A stretch of DNA of 63,294 nt, filler included, from Octopus bimaculoides (Eukaryota): NCBI RefSeq assembly GCF_001194135.2. It is 5 parts of 5 records of this genome, joined end to end, with 100 filler letters (N's around TTAATTAATTAA, not from the genome) between each part and the next. Parts side by side here need not be neighbours in the genome. Positions count along the whole stretch, not along the records: positions 12,761 to 36,892 come from NC_068982.1; positions 36,993 to 54,584 come from NC_068990.1; 3 more parts are not named here. The stretch is one strand, 5' to 3'. A program made the position numbers and the translations under genes. The notes beneath the pieces are model-generated. The model did no database searches. It was not told the origin of the DNA and was given only the letters and a program-made list of their open reading frames with translations. Positions 35,511-49,710 of the stretch are shown one piece after another. Position 1 is the stretch's first letter. Each line of letters starts with the position of its first letter.

Positions 35511-36320
35511 TGAGATATTTATAATATTTCTGAGAAAGATTCTTATTTCTGTGCACCAAGTTGTTGTTTAGCTCTATATCAGCCAATTGACCTATGTTCA
35601 AAGACAATTCAGATGAAATAGCCCAACTTTTCTTTAAAGACAATGTATCCCAGATTATATGATCCAATGTGCTTTACTTTTTTAAGACAGAAGTTGTTTT
35701 GAGAAAAACTTAGCTTCTATTTCTTGCATAGTGGCATTTTCAAATTTGATAGTAAATACCTTCTGGAGAAAATTACCTCCAGAAGATTAGCGTCTTATTT
35801 AAGAACATATTTGCCATATTTGCTTATTGCAACAAAGTAAATAATTATTCTGAAAACCTATAATTTTTAAGTGATTACCGCTTTATTACACAGGCTAAAG
35901 GAGGATGGAAACTACATAAAATTGTCAAGTGTTGAGTACTGAACTCCTAATGAATATATAACAAATACTGTACATTTGTTTAAATAATTAAAAACTACCA
36001 GTCACATGGTATGCACAAGTTTTATGTGAACTTGTCTGTTTTGTTTTTTTTATATATATATTGCGATTAAAATAAACGGGGACACACAATTAATTCCATT
36101 ACTACAAAGTCACGGCTGATGTTGTTACCTCTTCTCATACATTCTGCTGTTGGTTGTGCTGCTACAGCGATATAGAAATTCACAGTTTATGACTATTTGA
36201 TCCTTGTTCCTACACCGGTGCTTATGAAATAAGCAAATCACAAAACTTGACAATGGCATCACTGATAGAGCAAGAAAAATCTCTTGGTGACATAAATTTA
36301 CAGTCAATCGAAGACATCTC

Positions 36321-36570
36321 ATGGCATTCAAAGCAAAAGCTTGTGTGAGCGAATTAAAGGATAACCTACAAGATCATGACCAAAGTCCTATGGCTATGAA
36401 ATTCATTTCTTTTGTAGGAATACAAGCATTAAAAATTACCCTAGATATTAATATCCCACAGAATATCATGAAAATGACTTACAATGACCTAAATAATTCA
36501 ATTCTAAATCATGTTGCTCCTTTAAAGAAACTGATATCAGCCGAAAGAAAATTCTTCTCCACATTAATAA
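36321..36570 (+). pseudogene. Gypsy gag N-terminal fragment
   Basis: FISFVG..P..MTYNDL..ILNHVAPLKKLISAERKFF matches the typical FLT.VG..P..TY.EL..L..H..P..IAERF.F gag pattern. Confidence 0.6.
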
Positions 36571-36591
36571 TTAAGGATGATGATGATAATG

Positions 36592-36639
<48 letters not shown>

Positions 36640-36892
36640 TTCCAACAGATGGCCATCCATGCTCGTCATCAAATAACCAAAAGAAAAAGAATGAAAAATG
36701 GTCTAGGGAAGATAATAAAGAAGTTCTTACAGCCTTCTACCATGCCATATATTTCCCAACAGATAAATCTAATACTGTACAAACCTACTTAAACTGGAGA
36801 CAGAAACACCTTGAAGTAAGACCCTACAGAGACAGTAACAAACTTGCCAACGTCAGAAGAAACATTATGAAAAAAAAATTACTAACTGAAGT
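36640..36892 (+). mobile_element. R4/Dong-clade LINE N-terminal coding fragment after an (AAT)n tract
   Basis: KWSREDNKEVLTAFYHA..YLNWRQKH..KLANVRRNIMKKKLLTE; (AAT)n at ~36585-36638. Confidence 0.7.
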
Positions 36893-37214
36893 NNNNNNNN
36901 NNNNNNNNNNNNNNNNNNNNNNNNNNNNNNNNNNNNTTAATTAATTAANNNNNNNNNNNNNNNNNNNNNNNNNNNNNNNNNNNNNNNNNNNNTTTTTTTT
37001 TTTTTTTTGTAATTAGTTGCAATCTTTTGCATTTTGATTTCCAAATTTGGCGATGTCGATTATCTTTTCTCTACCGCGAGGCTTAATTGACATAGGGAGA
37101 TCTCACTCAATATATAAGAGATCTCACTATTTATTAGGACTGTTTAGACTCGTTTAGAACCGCTTTAATTCATTAAACCATTATGAAATTTATTATGATG
37201 GATTGACAAAAGAC

Positions 37215-37345
37215 TGAGCTGGAAAAAAATGTTAACATCCCGGTGAAAACGCTCAGTGGCATTTCGTCCGTTTTCACGTTCTGACTTCAGGATTCCACCG
37301 ATGTAACTTTGCCTTTAATCTTTTCGGATATCGACAAAATAAGAT
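37215..37345 (+). mobile_element. Degenerate tRNA-derived SINE (second family)
   Basis: Resembles 56118-56240 and 56925-57095 (CGTTCTGA..TTCCACCGA..CTTTGCCTTT). Confidence 0.55.
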
Positions 37346-38904
37346 TATAATTGACCAGCCCTCCACCACTAACTTTCTGGCATCATGCCTATAGGAAAAA
37401 TAATTATTATGGATTGGCAGGTTAGTCACTACTGGGGAACATTTAATATAAACGCACGATAATCCTCTTCCGTAAATTTCAGGCCATGTACCTCCATAAG
37501 AAATTTAAAGAAGGGGTTGGCAGAACTGTTAGAGTGTCATACTTCCCGTCAAAGCGATTTCTAATATTGTACCAATATGAGATATAAAGAAGCGACAGAC
37601 TGTTAGAATTTTCTTTGTTACAAAAGTTCAACTTCTGAGTTCAAGACACGTCGCGCTCAACTTTATACCACCGGATTTCATTAAATAGAGAACCGACTTC
37701 GATTTAACCAACTAACAGGCAACCACAAAATTTCTGGCCTTGTGCTTATACTAGAAACAATTATTATATATTATAATCATTCGTGTACATCTTTATTACT
37801 GTTCAGATATTTTTTCCGCTTCTTCCTCTCTGTCACTTTTTCTTTGTCTTCTTCATTTCTTTTATTCGTTATCTCTTTCCTTGTTCAGTTGTATGGTTCT
37901 TTCTTTTCTAACATTTTTTTTTTATTAAATAAACAGTAAAAGAAAAATGATGTTGTTATCTCTGAACAACAATGTTTTCAATCAAACCTTGACCTTGGCG
38001 ACTGTGAGGAATTATTTTTTCCGAACAAAAGGAAAAATCTTCTACTTGCTGGATAAAACAAGATTAGACTGACTTTACAGGTCAATCAAATTTCAACATC
38101 CATCTTTTATTTCGATAGTTCGAAAACACAAAGTCTTATCTATTTTAATCAAATTTTCCTTTGATTTATTTATTTATTTTCATGTTAACTACAGAATGAA
38201 AGACTACAACAACAACAGCAAGAACAACAATGATAAAAAAAAATAATAATAATAAACCAAAATGTTTTTTTGTACTGTAAGAAAAGAAATCATTGTTAAG
38301 CTGTTTATATTCTCCGTCGGAAGACTCTGTCTGGAAGTTTGTAAGTTTTTAGAGTCACATATATGAACAAATATAATTATATGTGAGTGATTAAGAAATT
38401 CGATTTGCATCTGCATCGCTCTGAGTTCGAATAATCTGCGTGAAATCTCGGGGAATATAATATCTACTCCTTAGTTTCGGGTTTAGCAATCCCTCTCTTC
38501 CTGTTTTCGATTTGACCTTACAAATACATTCCTTACTTTTTGGTCACTTTAAATAAACCCCCGATTCAATGGCACTGTGTACAAACTCTATACTTGGAAT
38601 GACCAATTTTAAATGCTATTGGAATTTACTCACAAGGTATTGGAATCTTATATGTATACCATTCTGCCTACATAATGGATCTACAAATGCAATATCCCTG
38701 CATATCTCACATCTATTTTCATTCCTCCACTTCACTCTCTATTTCATATCTTATCTAAATTAACTATTGCTTAACCATTTTCTCACACCGTCTCCGATGA
38801 AGGGATATAAAAAATATCCCGGAAACAGCTGCAAGACCTTCTATTTATAAATGTTCTAAAATCCTCACAGCCTTGGTTTTTCATCTCATTCTGAAAAATA
38901 AAAT

Positions 38905-38945
<41 letters not shown>

Positions 38946-39700
38946 ACAGAGAGAGAGAAGGGAGAAAGATACATACATACATACATACATACATACATAC
39001 ATACATACACATACACACACATACATACATACATACATACATATATACATGCATACATACATACATACATACATTCGTATGTACATAGAAAGAAAATGAG
39101 AGAGAGAGGGAGAGGGAGAGAGAGACGAAGTCAAAATGTCGTCTTTGAACAAAGCTAGACGTAATTTTACCTTCATCACCCGTTAATTTTCATCTAGAAC
39201 GATCTCAGCAATTTAACAACAGGTTTGCTCGTTTCATAATTTTAGAAGTTTCAGATGATTTAAAACAAATGTTAATGAAATAGAAATTACAAAAATAAGC
39301 ACTACGATGACTTTTATACGAAGATAAACTAAAATTAAGAACAAATTCGGTAAACATTTAAGTCTGTCATCTTAATAAAGATGATACGGAAAATGATTAG
39401 TTTACGAATAAGACAAACATACCAGCCAGAAAGAGAGTGAGTGGGGAGTGAGAAATGATATTGTGCGTCTTATGTATGGCTTGAAACAAACGTACGGACG
39501 TACAAGGAAAATTTTGTATATAGGTAACACTAATGGAAAAAGAAATGAGGAGTCGATTGTTCGAAGGATTGCTCTTAAACAAGTAAAGAGTGATAGAGCA
39601 AAGGACGAAATGATTTCTATCAAATCAAAGCCCGAATAGAAACCAACAGTGATGCACAGTGGGATATATATAAATATTTATAGACGTGTACTCACACGCA

Positions 39701-39737
<37 letters not shown>

Positions 39738-41951
39738 NNNNNNNNNNNNNNNNNNNNNNNNNNNNNNNNNNNNNNNNNNNNNNNNNNNNNNNNNNNNNNN
39801 NNNNNNNNNNNNNNNNNNNNNNNNNNNNNNNNNNNNNNNNNNNNNNNNNNNNNNNNNNNNNNNNNNNATATATATAATATAATATAATATAGGATAAAAT
39901 CTTTATAAGAATTTATCAAGTAGTCAGCGTGAAAAAAACCTCATAATGAACAAAATTCATCATTTTTTTCATAAATATATATATGTATGTATGTATGAAT
40001 ACAAAAACGTGCACAAAATCATACATACATATATGTGTGTATGATTCTGTTATACTGAGAGCATCTCACCAGTATCTTCTAGTAACGACTATTCTGCAAT
40101 ATCTGCTTCTTCTTCTTTTCCATTATTATTGTGTTTCTGGGTATATTTGACTTTAAATTATATCTATTCTTCGCCAACAGTCTGTTCACGCCAAAGTCTG
40201 TTCACGATAATAATGCCATATTCCCATGCGATGTGCTATCGATAAATATTATTTCGAAGCCGTCGTTCGGTAAATCTTATTCCACAGAAACACTCATTTT
40301 CCTTAACATTTTGATATACGTTCAATTTAGACATTTTGATATACGTTCAATTTAGCTTGTCATCCATCGCTTTGATAATCGTTCAACAAACAACGCCATA
40401 TTTCATTATGTTTTCTACAGTGAATTCAAAGAACTGTATTTTGTAGGCATTTGTTTTACCTTATTGTGGACATGTTTCTTGTTTACCATGACAGCTACGT
40501 TGTTATTTCATTGTGTCCTTTTGAGCATTCTATTCATGGACTTAAAAACCTGAAACTACAGTATTTACTCATTTCACTTTTCATCCTTTGATGATTTTTT
40601 TTTTCGGTGAACTGGAATCTATAAACTCAGTTTCCTTATCGTTGGTTATTGTACAATATCTCCAGCATATTGCAGTAATGATCAAAATTATAAATAAGAG
40701 ATATAACATAAGTGTATCTGTGTCAATAATCATAGGAGTGGAATGACGTCTGGTTTCTCGAGACGATATTATGAATCCTGTTTCTTATGCATTCGATGTA
40801 AAAATTCCTGATGACTAATCCAAGTATAAATTGAATAAGATGCTAGAATGCCACCTTATAGTGCACACACCGAAGTGACGAGGAAATCTGTACCATATAC
40901 GGATGATAAAACAAGAACAACGTGATCTTAGTAGATGTTCGTTATATCTATGGTAGTGCGTAGGATATATGCTCTGAGAATATACATTAGTTTAATACGG
41001 TAAGCTAGGTCGAGCCTTCAGACTCTTATATGTGTTACTTCCAATAGTCCTTAGTATTACAACTTGCAATGATGTTTATGTTCCAGAGAAAAAACAATTT
41101 TGACTTATTCGCAAAATGTTCCTTATCGGTTATTCTATTAAAAGCAGTATTTTGATGTGGATTTTAGTTTATCATAGCTGATAAACGAAAACTTCTGTAT
41201 TGCTTAACATAGTCAAGATTTTGTCTTCGGGATTGGTACTAGACTGTTATTCACCCGATTATCAACTTTGTCTTGGCGTAATATCTTATTACAAAGTACA
41301 AGTAATAGATCTAAAAGTGCTCCATTTTCCATGATACCTCTTGTCTACTGCCAATATATGTGGCATTAATATTTCAAAAGGGCTTTATACAATTTTTCAG
41401 CTAATCTTTCGTAAAGACATTTATATTTCTAGATAAGGTTTCTTTTTCAGCACTAATGGTACTCTGTTCTGTGATGTTTGGTTTCTTTCCAACTGAGTTA
41501 GAGCATTCCATTTCTCTTTGTTATTTTCTTTCTAGATAGTTCACATTCAATTTTTTCTGCAATGTCTGTTGTTTCTCTTTCTTACAAATTTTATAGATGA
41601 TCATCTTAGAGACAATTGCTGGTTGTTTGAAAAAAAAAATCATGCCTGTTTTAACTAGAAGATAATCTCCAAGATCTAGTTTTTAGTTGACATATTTCAT
41701 TGCTCATCTTTTTAATTTTCTGAAGTTACTTAAGTATGTATTTACAAATGTGCATGCGAGTCTCCACTTGTATGTGTATGTAGATGCGTATATAAGAATA
41801 TGCTTTACAAATGTAAATGCTTACATATAACTGTTTGTGTGTGTATGTGTGTATGTGTGTCTGTGTTCATGTTCAGTTACAATGAGAAGCAATTTACATT
41901 AATCTGATTGGTTACTCTATACTTTCTAACACACAAAATCACTGTCTCTCA

Positions 41952-42020
<69 letters not shown>

Positions 42021-44403
42021 NNNNNNNNNNNNNNNNNNNNNNNNNNNNNNNNNNNNNNNNNNNNNNNNNNNNNNNNNNNNNNNNNNNNNNNNNNNNNNNN
42101 NNNNNNNNNNNNNNNNNNNNNNNNNNNNNNNNNNNNNNNNNNNNNNNNNNNNNNNNNNNNNNNNNNNNNNNNNNNNNNNNNNNNNNNNNNNNNNNNNNNN
42201 NNNNNNNNNNNNNNNNNNNNNNNNNNNNNNNNNNNNNNNNNNNNNNNNNNNNNNNNNNNNNNNNNNNNNNNNNNNNNNNNNNNNNNNNNNNNNNNNNNNN
42301 NNNNNNNNNNNNNNNNNNNNNNNNNNNNNNNNNNNNNNNNNNNNNNNNNNNNNNNNNNNNNNNNNNNNNNNNNNNNNNNNNNNNNNNNNNNNNNNNNNNN
42401 NNNNNNNNNNNNNNNNNNNNNNNNNNNNNNNNNNNNNNNNNNNNNNNNNNNNNNNNNNNNNNNNNNNNNNNNNNNNNNNNNNNNNNNNNNNNNNNNNNNN
42501 NNNNNNNNNNNNNNNNNNNNNNNNNNNNNNNNNNNNNACAGACAGACACACACACACACACACGCACACACACACACACACACACAAACACACATATAAA
42601 TATAAACATTTATATATAGATAGGTATATATATCCGTGTGCGTGTCTGTATGTGTATGTATTTATCTGGATATAGGAAACAGTTCTTGGTATAACCATAG
42701 ATTTATTTTGTACCTGTGTTCTTCCGTATCTTTTTAAAGACCTTTGCAGTTTTTTGATGGATAAATTTTGTAAATTCACATTTATCATCACCTTCAACCT
42801 TTCTTAAACTCATGCTCAGTGTATGGAGAGATGTTGGCTTCTGTACCACCTCCAAGTCAACAGGTACTAATTTAACCTTCAGACTTTTATGTTACCAGAT
42901 ACGTGTCATAATGATTGTGATGTGTGTCTGTTGTTTGTATGTTAAATCTTGCGAAAATTAACACACAAGCACACTATCAAAAGCCATTCAGCCATGAACA
43001 AGTATTAACAATATGTGACGCTACAAACTAATCACCTCTAAAAACTTAATGTTTAATTAAAAGCTTGACATATACATTCAAAAAATGAAAGACTAAATCC
43101 ATTTACAATCAAGTCTTTAACCGCCACCGCAGAACTAAATTCCCACCAAGAAAACTATCCTACCATGACATCAATATTTTCAGACACAACAGAACATCAA
43201 TATTTGCAATCACAATAGGACAAACATTACAGCAAACTTTATCCACTAATCAACCTTTATTAGATGAACGGATACTTTGTTGTTATACGTCTGTTGTTAT
43301 ATATATGAAGTAGTTTTGGTGAAACATTGTGAAGTATAACTTTAATGAAAAAGAAAACAGGACAGAGTTGCAGTCTTAACTTGCATTTCCATATTTCCAT
43401 ATTTCGGGGTGAAGGCACCTTCTTCAAGAACAAGAAACAGTGAGAGTGAGAGAACAAGAAACTCGTGAGAGTGAGAGAGAGAGGAATAATGGAGGGAAGG
43501 TAAAGTTTTGGTGGTACTTTCTGTCATGAGTTTTTCCATCATTAAATGATCTTACTATTTCTAATCTAGCTTTAGATTAATCGAATTAGATTAATATTTA
43601 CATGTTTATGTACATATAGAATATAAGATGAACATACATACTCAAACACACACAAATAAATATAAATACATATATGTATATCATCAATGAAAGAGTTCTG
43701 TATATATATTTACATGGAGTGGATAAAATATAATTACCTCGCCAAGTTTACACATATAGCAATATTCCTTGCCTATTTATCTCAAAAGCTATGTTGATTT
43801 AATAGATGGTATTTTGTTTAATGCCATTAAGCAATCACGTGTCAATCATTGAAATTGCATTCATATTAATATAATTTTTTTTCTCCTTCCGTAGAAATTT
43901 ATCATTTGCCATAATGCACAGTTTCATTTAACAATACTCATCATATTGTTTACGTAATTAAAGTGTACAAATACAAACGTGTAAAACACATTGCGCACAC
44001 ATACACCACATTCACACAGTTAAACAAGGACAAACGCGCACACATATATACATGTATATATATATATATATATNNNNNNNNNNNNNNNNNNNNNNNNNNN
44101 NNNNNNNNNNNNNNNNNNNNNNNNNNNNNNNNNNNNNNNNNNNNNNNNNNNNNNNNNNNNNNNNNNNNNNNNNNNNNNNNNNNNNNNNNNNNNNNNNNNN
44201 NNNNNNNNNNNNNNNNNNNNNNNNNNNNNNNNNNNNNNNNNNNNNNNNNNNNNNNNNNNNNNNNNNNNNNNNNNNNNNNNNNNNNNNNNNNNNNNNNNNN
44301 NNNNNNNNNNNNNNNNTATATACATATATACATATATACATATATACATATATACATATATACATATATATAAATATATATATACATATACATATAAATT
44401 TAC

Positions 44404-44434
<31 letters not shown>

Positions 44435-46315
44435 AACATACATACATATATACATACACACACAGACAAACACACACACGCAAAAACAAACACACACACG
44501 CAAAAACAAACAGACACACGCAAAAAAAAAACAGACACACTCACTCACACATACACAGACAGAGGAAATCAAACATCAGCTTTTCTAATAAATCAACAAA
44601 CAGAAATTTTACACCCTTCAGTCACGATTAAACCAAAATTTAAATCACATAAAATGTCGTTCAACCGTTAAATAAAATTTATAATATGTAACTCATATCC
44701 TTATCACCAAACACGCATGACTTTCTTAATTCATTTAAGACATTAATTCGAAACGTTAGCACTAACATGCCAACAAACCAGCAAAGCTTTAAAACTACCT
44801 CACCTTGACCGCAATGAAGTTCACGCTCACTTAACTTGACTACTGTGACATTAGGTCTTGATTGCCCAATATAATACACGTCTCAAAAAACTAGGACATA
44901 TTTTGTTTTTAAATTAGATAAAGCACTATTCAATAAACTATTATAATAAGCATGATTTCATTAGGAAATATCAGCACAGTAACCATCAAACAACAAATAA
45001 TATCCAGTGTGACATACAAAATATCCAAATAAAGTGGCACAAAAAATAACCCCAAAGAATAGACACAATGCCATTTTACATCAGCGTATTTAAATAAGTG
45101 CCACCCAAAAATTCTGAGAATTATCGCGTGAAGATCGCGAGTTCGTGAAACTCTGCTAGGTAGATAAATATCCAATTTCAATTTACCATACATTCTACAG
45201 GTTTTGAGCACTCATTCGTTGAAGGAAATTAAAGCATTGGTATAAAAGAGTATGTGCGTGTGCATGTGTTTAGTAGAGACGTCTTTCTGATTAAACTTCC
45301 AGAATGAGCCGTTTGCATTGCTTTGTTTAAAGGAGGGACTAAATGTCACAGGACCACTCTTACTCTGTACCACAATCCCTATATCTATCTGTATCATCAA
45401 TCTTTTGTACAATTCACCTCGTGTGTCTATACTTATCTAAATTTATGAAGTGGTTGACACTAGTTTCTCATGTTTCAAGTTTCAATAGTTAATAAAGCGG
45501 TTTCTACTCAGTTCTGCTTATAATAACAGCACAGTGGCTACATAAATATTAAGGAGAGAGTAAACAATGTAGAATTGATTTACTTTACAGATGATATGCT
45601 ATATGCATATCGAAACACTAAGTTTCCGGCAAGATGACGAAGTTAGAGATAACATAAATTATACGATGATTATGTAAATATCAACAGTTTAACAATGACC
45701 GTTTGATGGAATAAATTTAACAAAAGTTCTCTATGAATATTGCAATATTTGTACAGATACTTTCATAAAATATATATATATATATACCTAATATTTTTCA
45801 TTGAATATACATATCTAATAAATGTAATATTTTATATTTAATTATGAATTCTAAGTTAAAAAAAGTATGAAGATCTACCATACAAAAAGTATGAAACGAT
45901 TGATACTATTTCATATTCGAATAGCACTTTAAGCAATGTAACTTTATTATATAAATGTATGCTTAACTGAAAATACAATGTACATGATATAAAAAAAAAA
46001 CGTATCGATTTTTATCACATAAAATTACGCGAACACGGATATAAGTGTGAGGAGCACATGGAAGGACATGCATGTATGTGTCTGCGTTTCGATGAGTACG
46101 AATATGCTTTGGAATGTACAGATACGTGTAAGCATCAGAGTATGTGGTTTAATACATGTGTATGTGTATATATATGTACGTATATATGCACATTTTAGCA
46201 CACACATAGATACAGAAGCGCGCGTCCGTATTAATTCAAACCCTCTTTCTTTCTCTCTCTCTCTTACACACACACCCACGCACACACACATACGGGCACG
46301 CACAAACATACATAC

Positions 46316-46354
<39 letters not shown>

Positions 46355-46781
46355 CATACACACACACNNNNNNNNNNNNNATATATATATATATATATAT
46401 ATATATACACGCATATATATAAGGGTTTGAACGTTCATTCATAGATCAACATTACTATATGACTGCGTACATACATATACACGCATAGATTCCACATGCA
46501 TAGATTCGTGTCTTTCTACACTTAACATGTGTATATGCAATAATGTTATATGTTGTCACCTCGGCAAGCACTAAATACCTCGATTCGTATCAATGTTTCG
46601 AAAACAGTTGTTCTCTTCACAGCATTAATTCAAACAAAGGTCTGATTCTATTCCTGTATATTCACCACCATCGGATTCGCTTTTACCTTTCTCTCATGCT
46701 TGTTTTTTTTTACTTTTCTCTCTATCACTCCAACGCTCTTTCTAACTCTCACTCACACTGTACATCCCTCCATCTCATCTT

Positions 46782-46855
<74 letters not shown>

Positions 46856-47211
46856 TCTCTCCCCCTCTCTCTCTCTTTCTCTTTCTTTCTCTTTCTCCCT
46901 CTTTGCTTCCCATCTATTCTCCCAATCTTTTGATTTATACTCTTTCTCTCTCAAAATCTTCAACAGAAACAGAGATCAAATCGTGTATATATACGCATAT
47001 AACTACATGCATGCATGTATGTATGTAAGTAAGTATATATGTTTTGTTTGTGTTTGTGTGTGCGAGTGTGTGTGTGTGCATGTGTGTGCGTCTATCTGTA
47101 CATGTACAAGTGTACATGCATATTTATCGATATGATACATGGAATGATAAATGCAAATACATAATCGAATATATGTGCACATATATATGTATATATGTAT
47201 ATATATATATG

Positions 47212-47301
<90 letters not shown>

Positions 47302-47573
47302 AACACACATGCACCTATATAATTGTATATACACACACAACCACCGATACGCACACATATTTATGCATGTAAATATATGTATATATATAGATATGTGTGT
47401 GTGTGTATGTGTGTGTGTGTGTGTGTGTATGCATATATATACATTCACCATGGTACATGCAAACATGTGTACATAGATATGTAAAAATGATATATCACTA
47501 GAATAATTTATCTATATACATATGCGTAGAAACACGCACTTACAAAAATTGATATATCTATCTCTCACTTTTG

Positions 47574-47604
<31 letters not shown>

Positions 47605-47900
47605 ACTTTCTCGCTCTCTTTGTCAATGCACACACGCACACTCACACATATCCATACATGTAAACACTTATGCTTGTGTGCGTGCATGTATACGTGTATT
47701 ATAAAGGAAAATTTGAATATTATCTGTCAATTTGCTTTGTGAATTTTCTATGCAAAAGTTCCCTTAATCTAGTTTGCATTCATCTACTTAACTTACTTAA
47801 TCAAACTTCAATTCGGTATTATCGAATGAAGATTGATCGTTTCTCAGCAAAATGCCGCCGTCACAATAAATACAAATGTACGAGAGAAGGGTATTGCAAA

Positions 47901-47993
<93 letters not shown>

Positions 47994-48057
47994 GAAGAAG
48001 AAGAAGAAGAAGAAGAAGAAGAAGAAGAAGAAGAAGAAGAAGAAGAAGAAGAAGAAG
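47901..48057. repeat. Compound (TAG)n-(AAG)n microsatellite
   Basis: Directly visible. Confidence 0.95.
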
Positions 48058-48509
48058 ATTTGTCCGTGTTATAAGTAGATTATATTATATTCGCTTTTCC
48101 CCCTCCTTACCCTTTCCTTTCGTGTTCGTTTTTATTAATTTCGGTTCTTTTTATGTTTGTGTGAAACGGTGTTAAACGGAACCAAATGGAACGAGACTTC
48201 AAGTGAGATGTTTTACGTTGAATTTATTCCGTTCTAGATTTAAAATTATAATACAACGATTTCTGTTCTTGGTTTCTTCTCTTAACTGGCGAAATGTAAG
48301 ACTATTTTCTCTTTTATTCTTTAAATTTGAAAGTGGTGTCTGAGGTTTTGAAAGCAATGAAGACATCTTTTTCTTACTTATGTTATTATTATTTTTTCTA
48401 TCAACTTAACTTCTGATTTATCCATATCACGCCTCAGCTCCACCCCACAGCTTTTCTCAACCCACGACCTACTCCAAATGTGGCTGCCAACTGAATACTT
48501 CTTATGAAG

Positions 48510-48798
48510 TGTTGTGTCGACGCCCCCAGGTGAAGAAGTAGGATCTCCCAAGACATATAAATAGAGATAGTCTGGCCGTGGTAGTGTTGAGTAGATGTTG
48601 AGTAGCAGTCGAGTAGCAGTTGTGTAGCGGTTGAGTAGAGATCATCCGAAACTGCTAGATAGCGGTAGCGTTGAGATATTACAGTGGCGACGAGGATGAG
48701 ATGCTCACACAGCCACTATGTAGTATTGACACGTAACAGTGGCGACGTGGATTCGTAGCTCATACAACCACTGTGTAGTATTGAGACATAACATGACG
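48510..48798 (+). mobile_element. Short LTR (TG..CA, ~174 bp) followed by tandem primer-binding-site units
   Basis: TGTTGTG at 48510, ATTACA ending at 48683, PBS TGGCGACGAGGATG at 48685-48698; units recur at 48681, 48736 and 48791. Confidence 0.65.
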
Positions 48799-48799
48799 T

Positions 48800-49210
48800 T
48801 TGATATTTGCAGCTTTTGATGAGAGAATATTGCTCTCTTTGAAATGGTCCCAAGTGCACCGATCACAATGGATATCACACTCACTTTCTAGGGATCCTTT
48901 TCACTTCCAGTCCTAGGTCTCCGTACTTCCTGATATTCTCGCCCGGTGTCTTCACAATATTTTCGTCTGCAGGTATAGCGACGTCGATGCAGATCCATTC
49001 TTTAGACTCCTTCAGTAGGAGAGAGATAACAGGTCGGTTATGTAGCAACTTTTCGTCCGCGTATATTGACATATCTCATGTGAGTTTCACCCTCTCATTC
49101 TTTGCTACTAGAAGAGGTTGGCGCTCATACTACTTGTTGGAACATTCTAGTCCATATGGTTTGCATAACTCCCAGTGTATCTGCACTACCATTTTGTCAT
49201 AATAAGAAGG
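48800..49210 (-). mobile_element. R4/Dong-clade LINE fragment with restriction-like endonuclease (RLE)
   Basis: DKMVVQIHWELCKPYGLEC; HNRPVISLLLKESKEWICIDVAIPAD..KYGDL; IVIGALGTISK. Confidence 0.85.
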
Positions 49211-49234
49211 AGAAGGAAAAAAGATTCACAGCGA

Positions 49235-49460
49235 CAATTCTCTCCTCAAAACGTGCGACGTACCACTTAATACAATATTTTGCACTTCCTGCATGGATGA
49301 TAATCCTGGGATCATCCTCAAATAACTGTCAGTTCCAGTTTTGATCATTCCATGTGCTCCTGCAATCACTGGAATTCTAACCGTCATGAGATGCCACATT
49401 TTTTCGATTTCAATAAGCAGATCGTTATATTTTCTGAGCTTATCAAATTCTTTTGCCGTG
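49235..49460 (-). mobile_element. R4/Dong-clade RLE C-terminal fragment (different family)
   Basis: rc translates KEFDKLRKYNDLLIEIEKMWHLMTVRIPVIAGAHGMIK..EVQNIVLSGTSHVLRR. Confidence 0.85.
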
Positions 49461-49519
49461 TTATTATTATTATTATTATTATCATCATCATCATCATCAT
49501 CACCACCACCACCATCATT

Positions 49520-49550
<31 letters not shown>

Positions 49551-49551
49551 A

Positions 49552-49638
<87 letters not shown>

Positions 49639-49663
49639 GTTGTTGTTGTTGTTGTTGACGTTG

Positions 49664-49695
<32 letters not shown>

Positions 49696-49710
49696 GGTGG
49701 TGATGGTGGT
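49461..49710. repeat. Compound trinucleotide microsatellite (TTA/TCA/CAC/GTT/GGT)
   Basis: Directly visible. Confidence 0.95.

Noticed and set aside
40306-40355. Perfect 25-bp tandem duplication
   Set aside because: Real, but consistent with ordinary replication slippage; no associated structure.
48681-48798. CRISPR-like repeat-spacer array
   Set aside because: Eukaryotic context, only 2-3 units, no cas genes; better explained as LTR-end plus PBS repeats.
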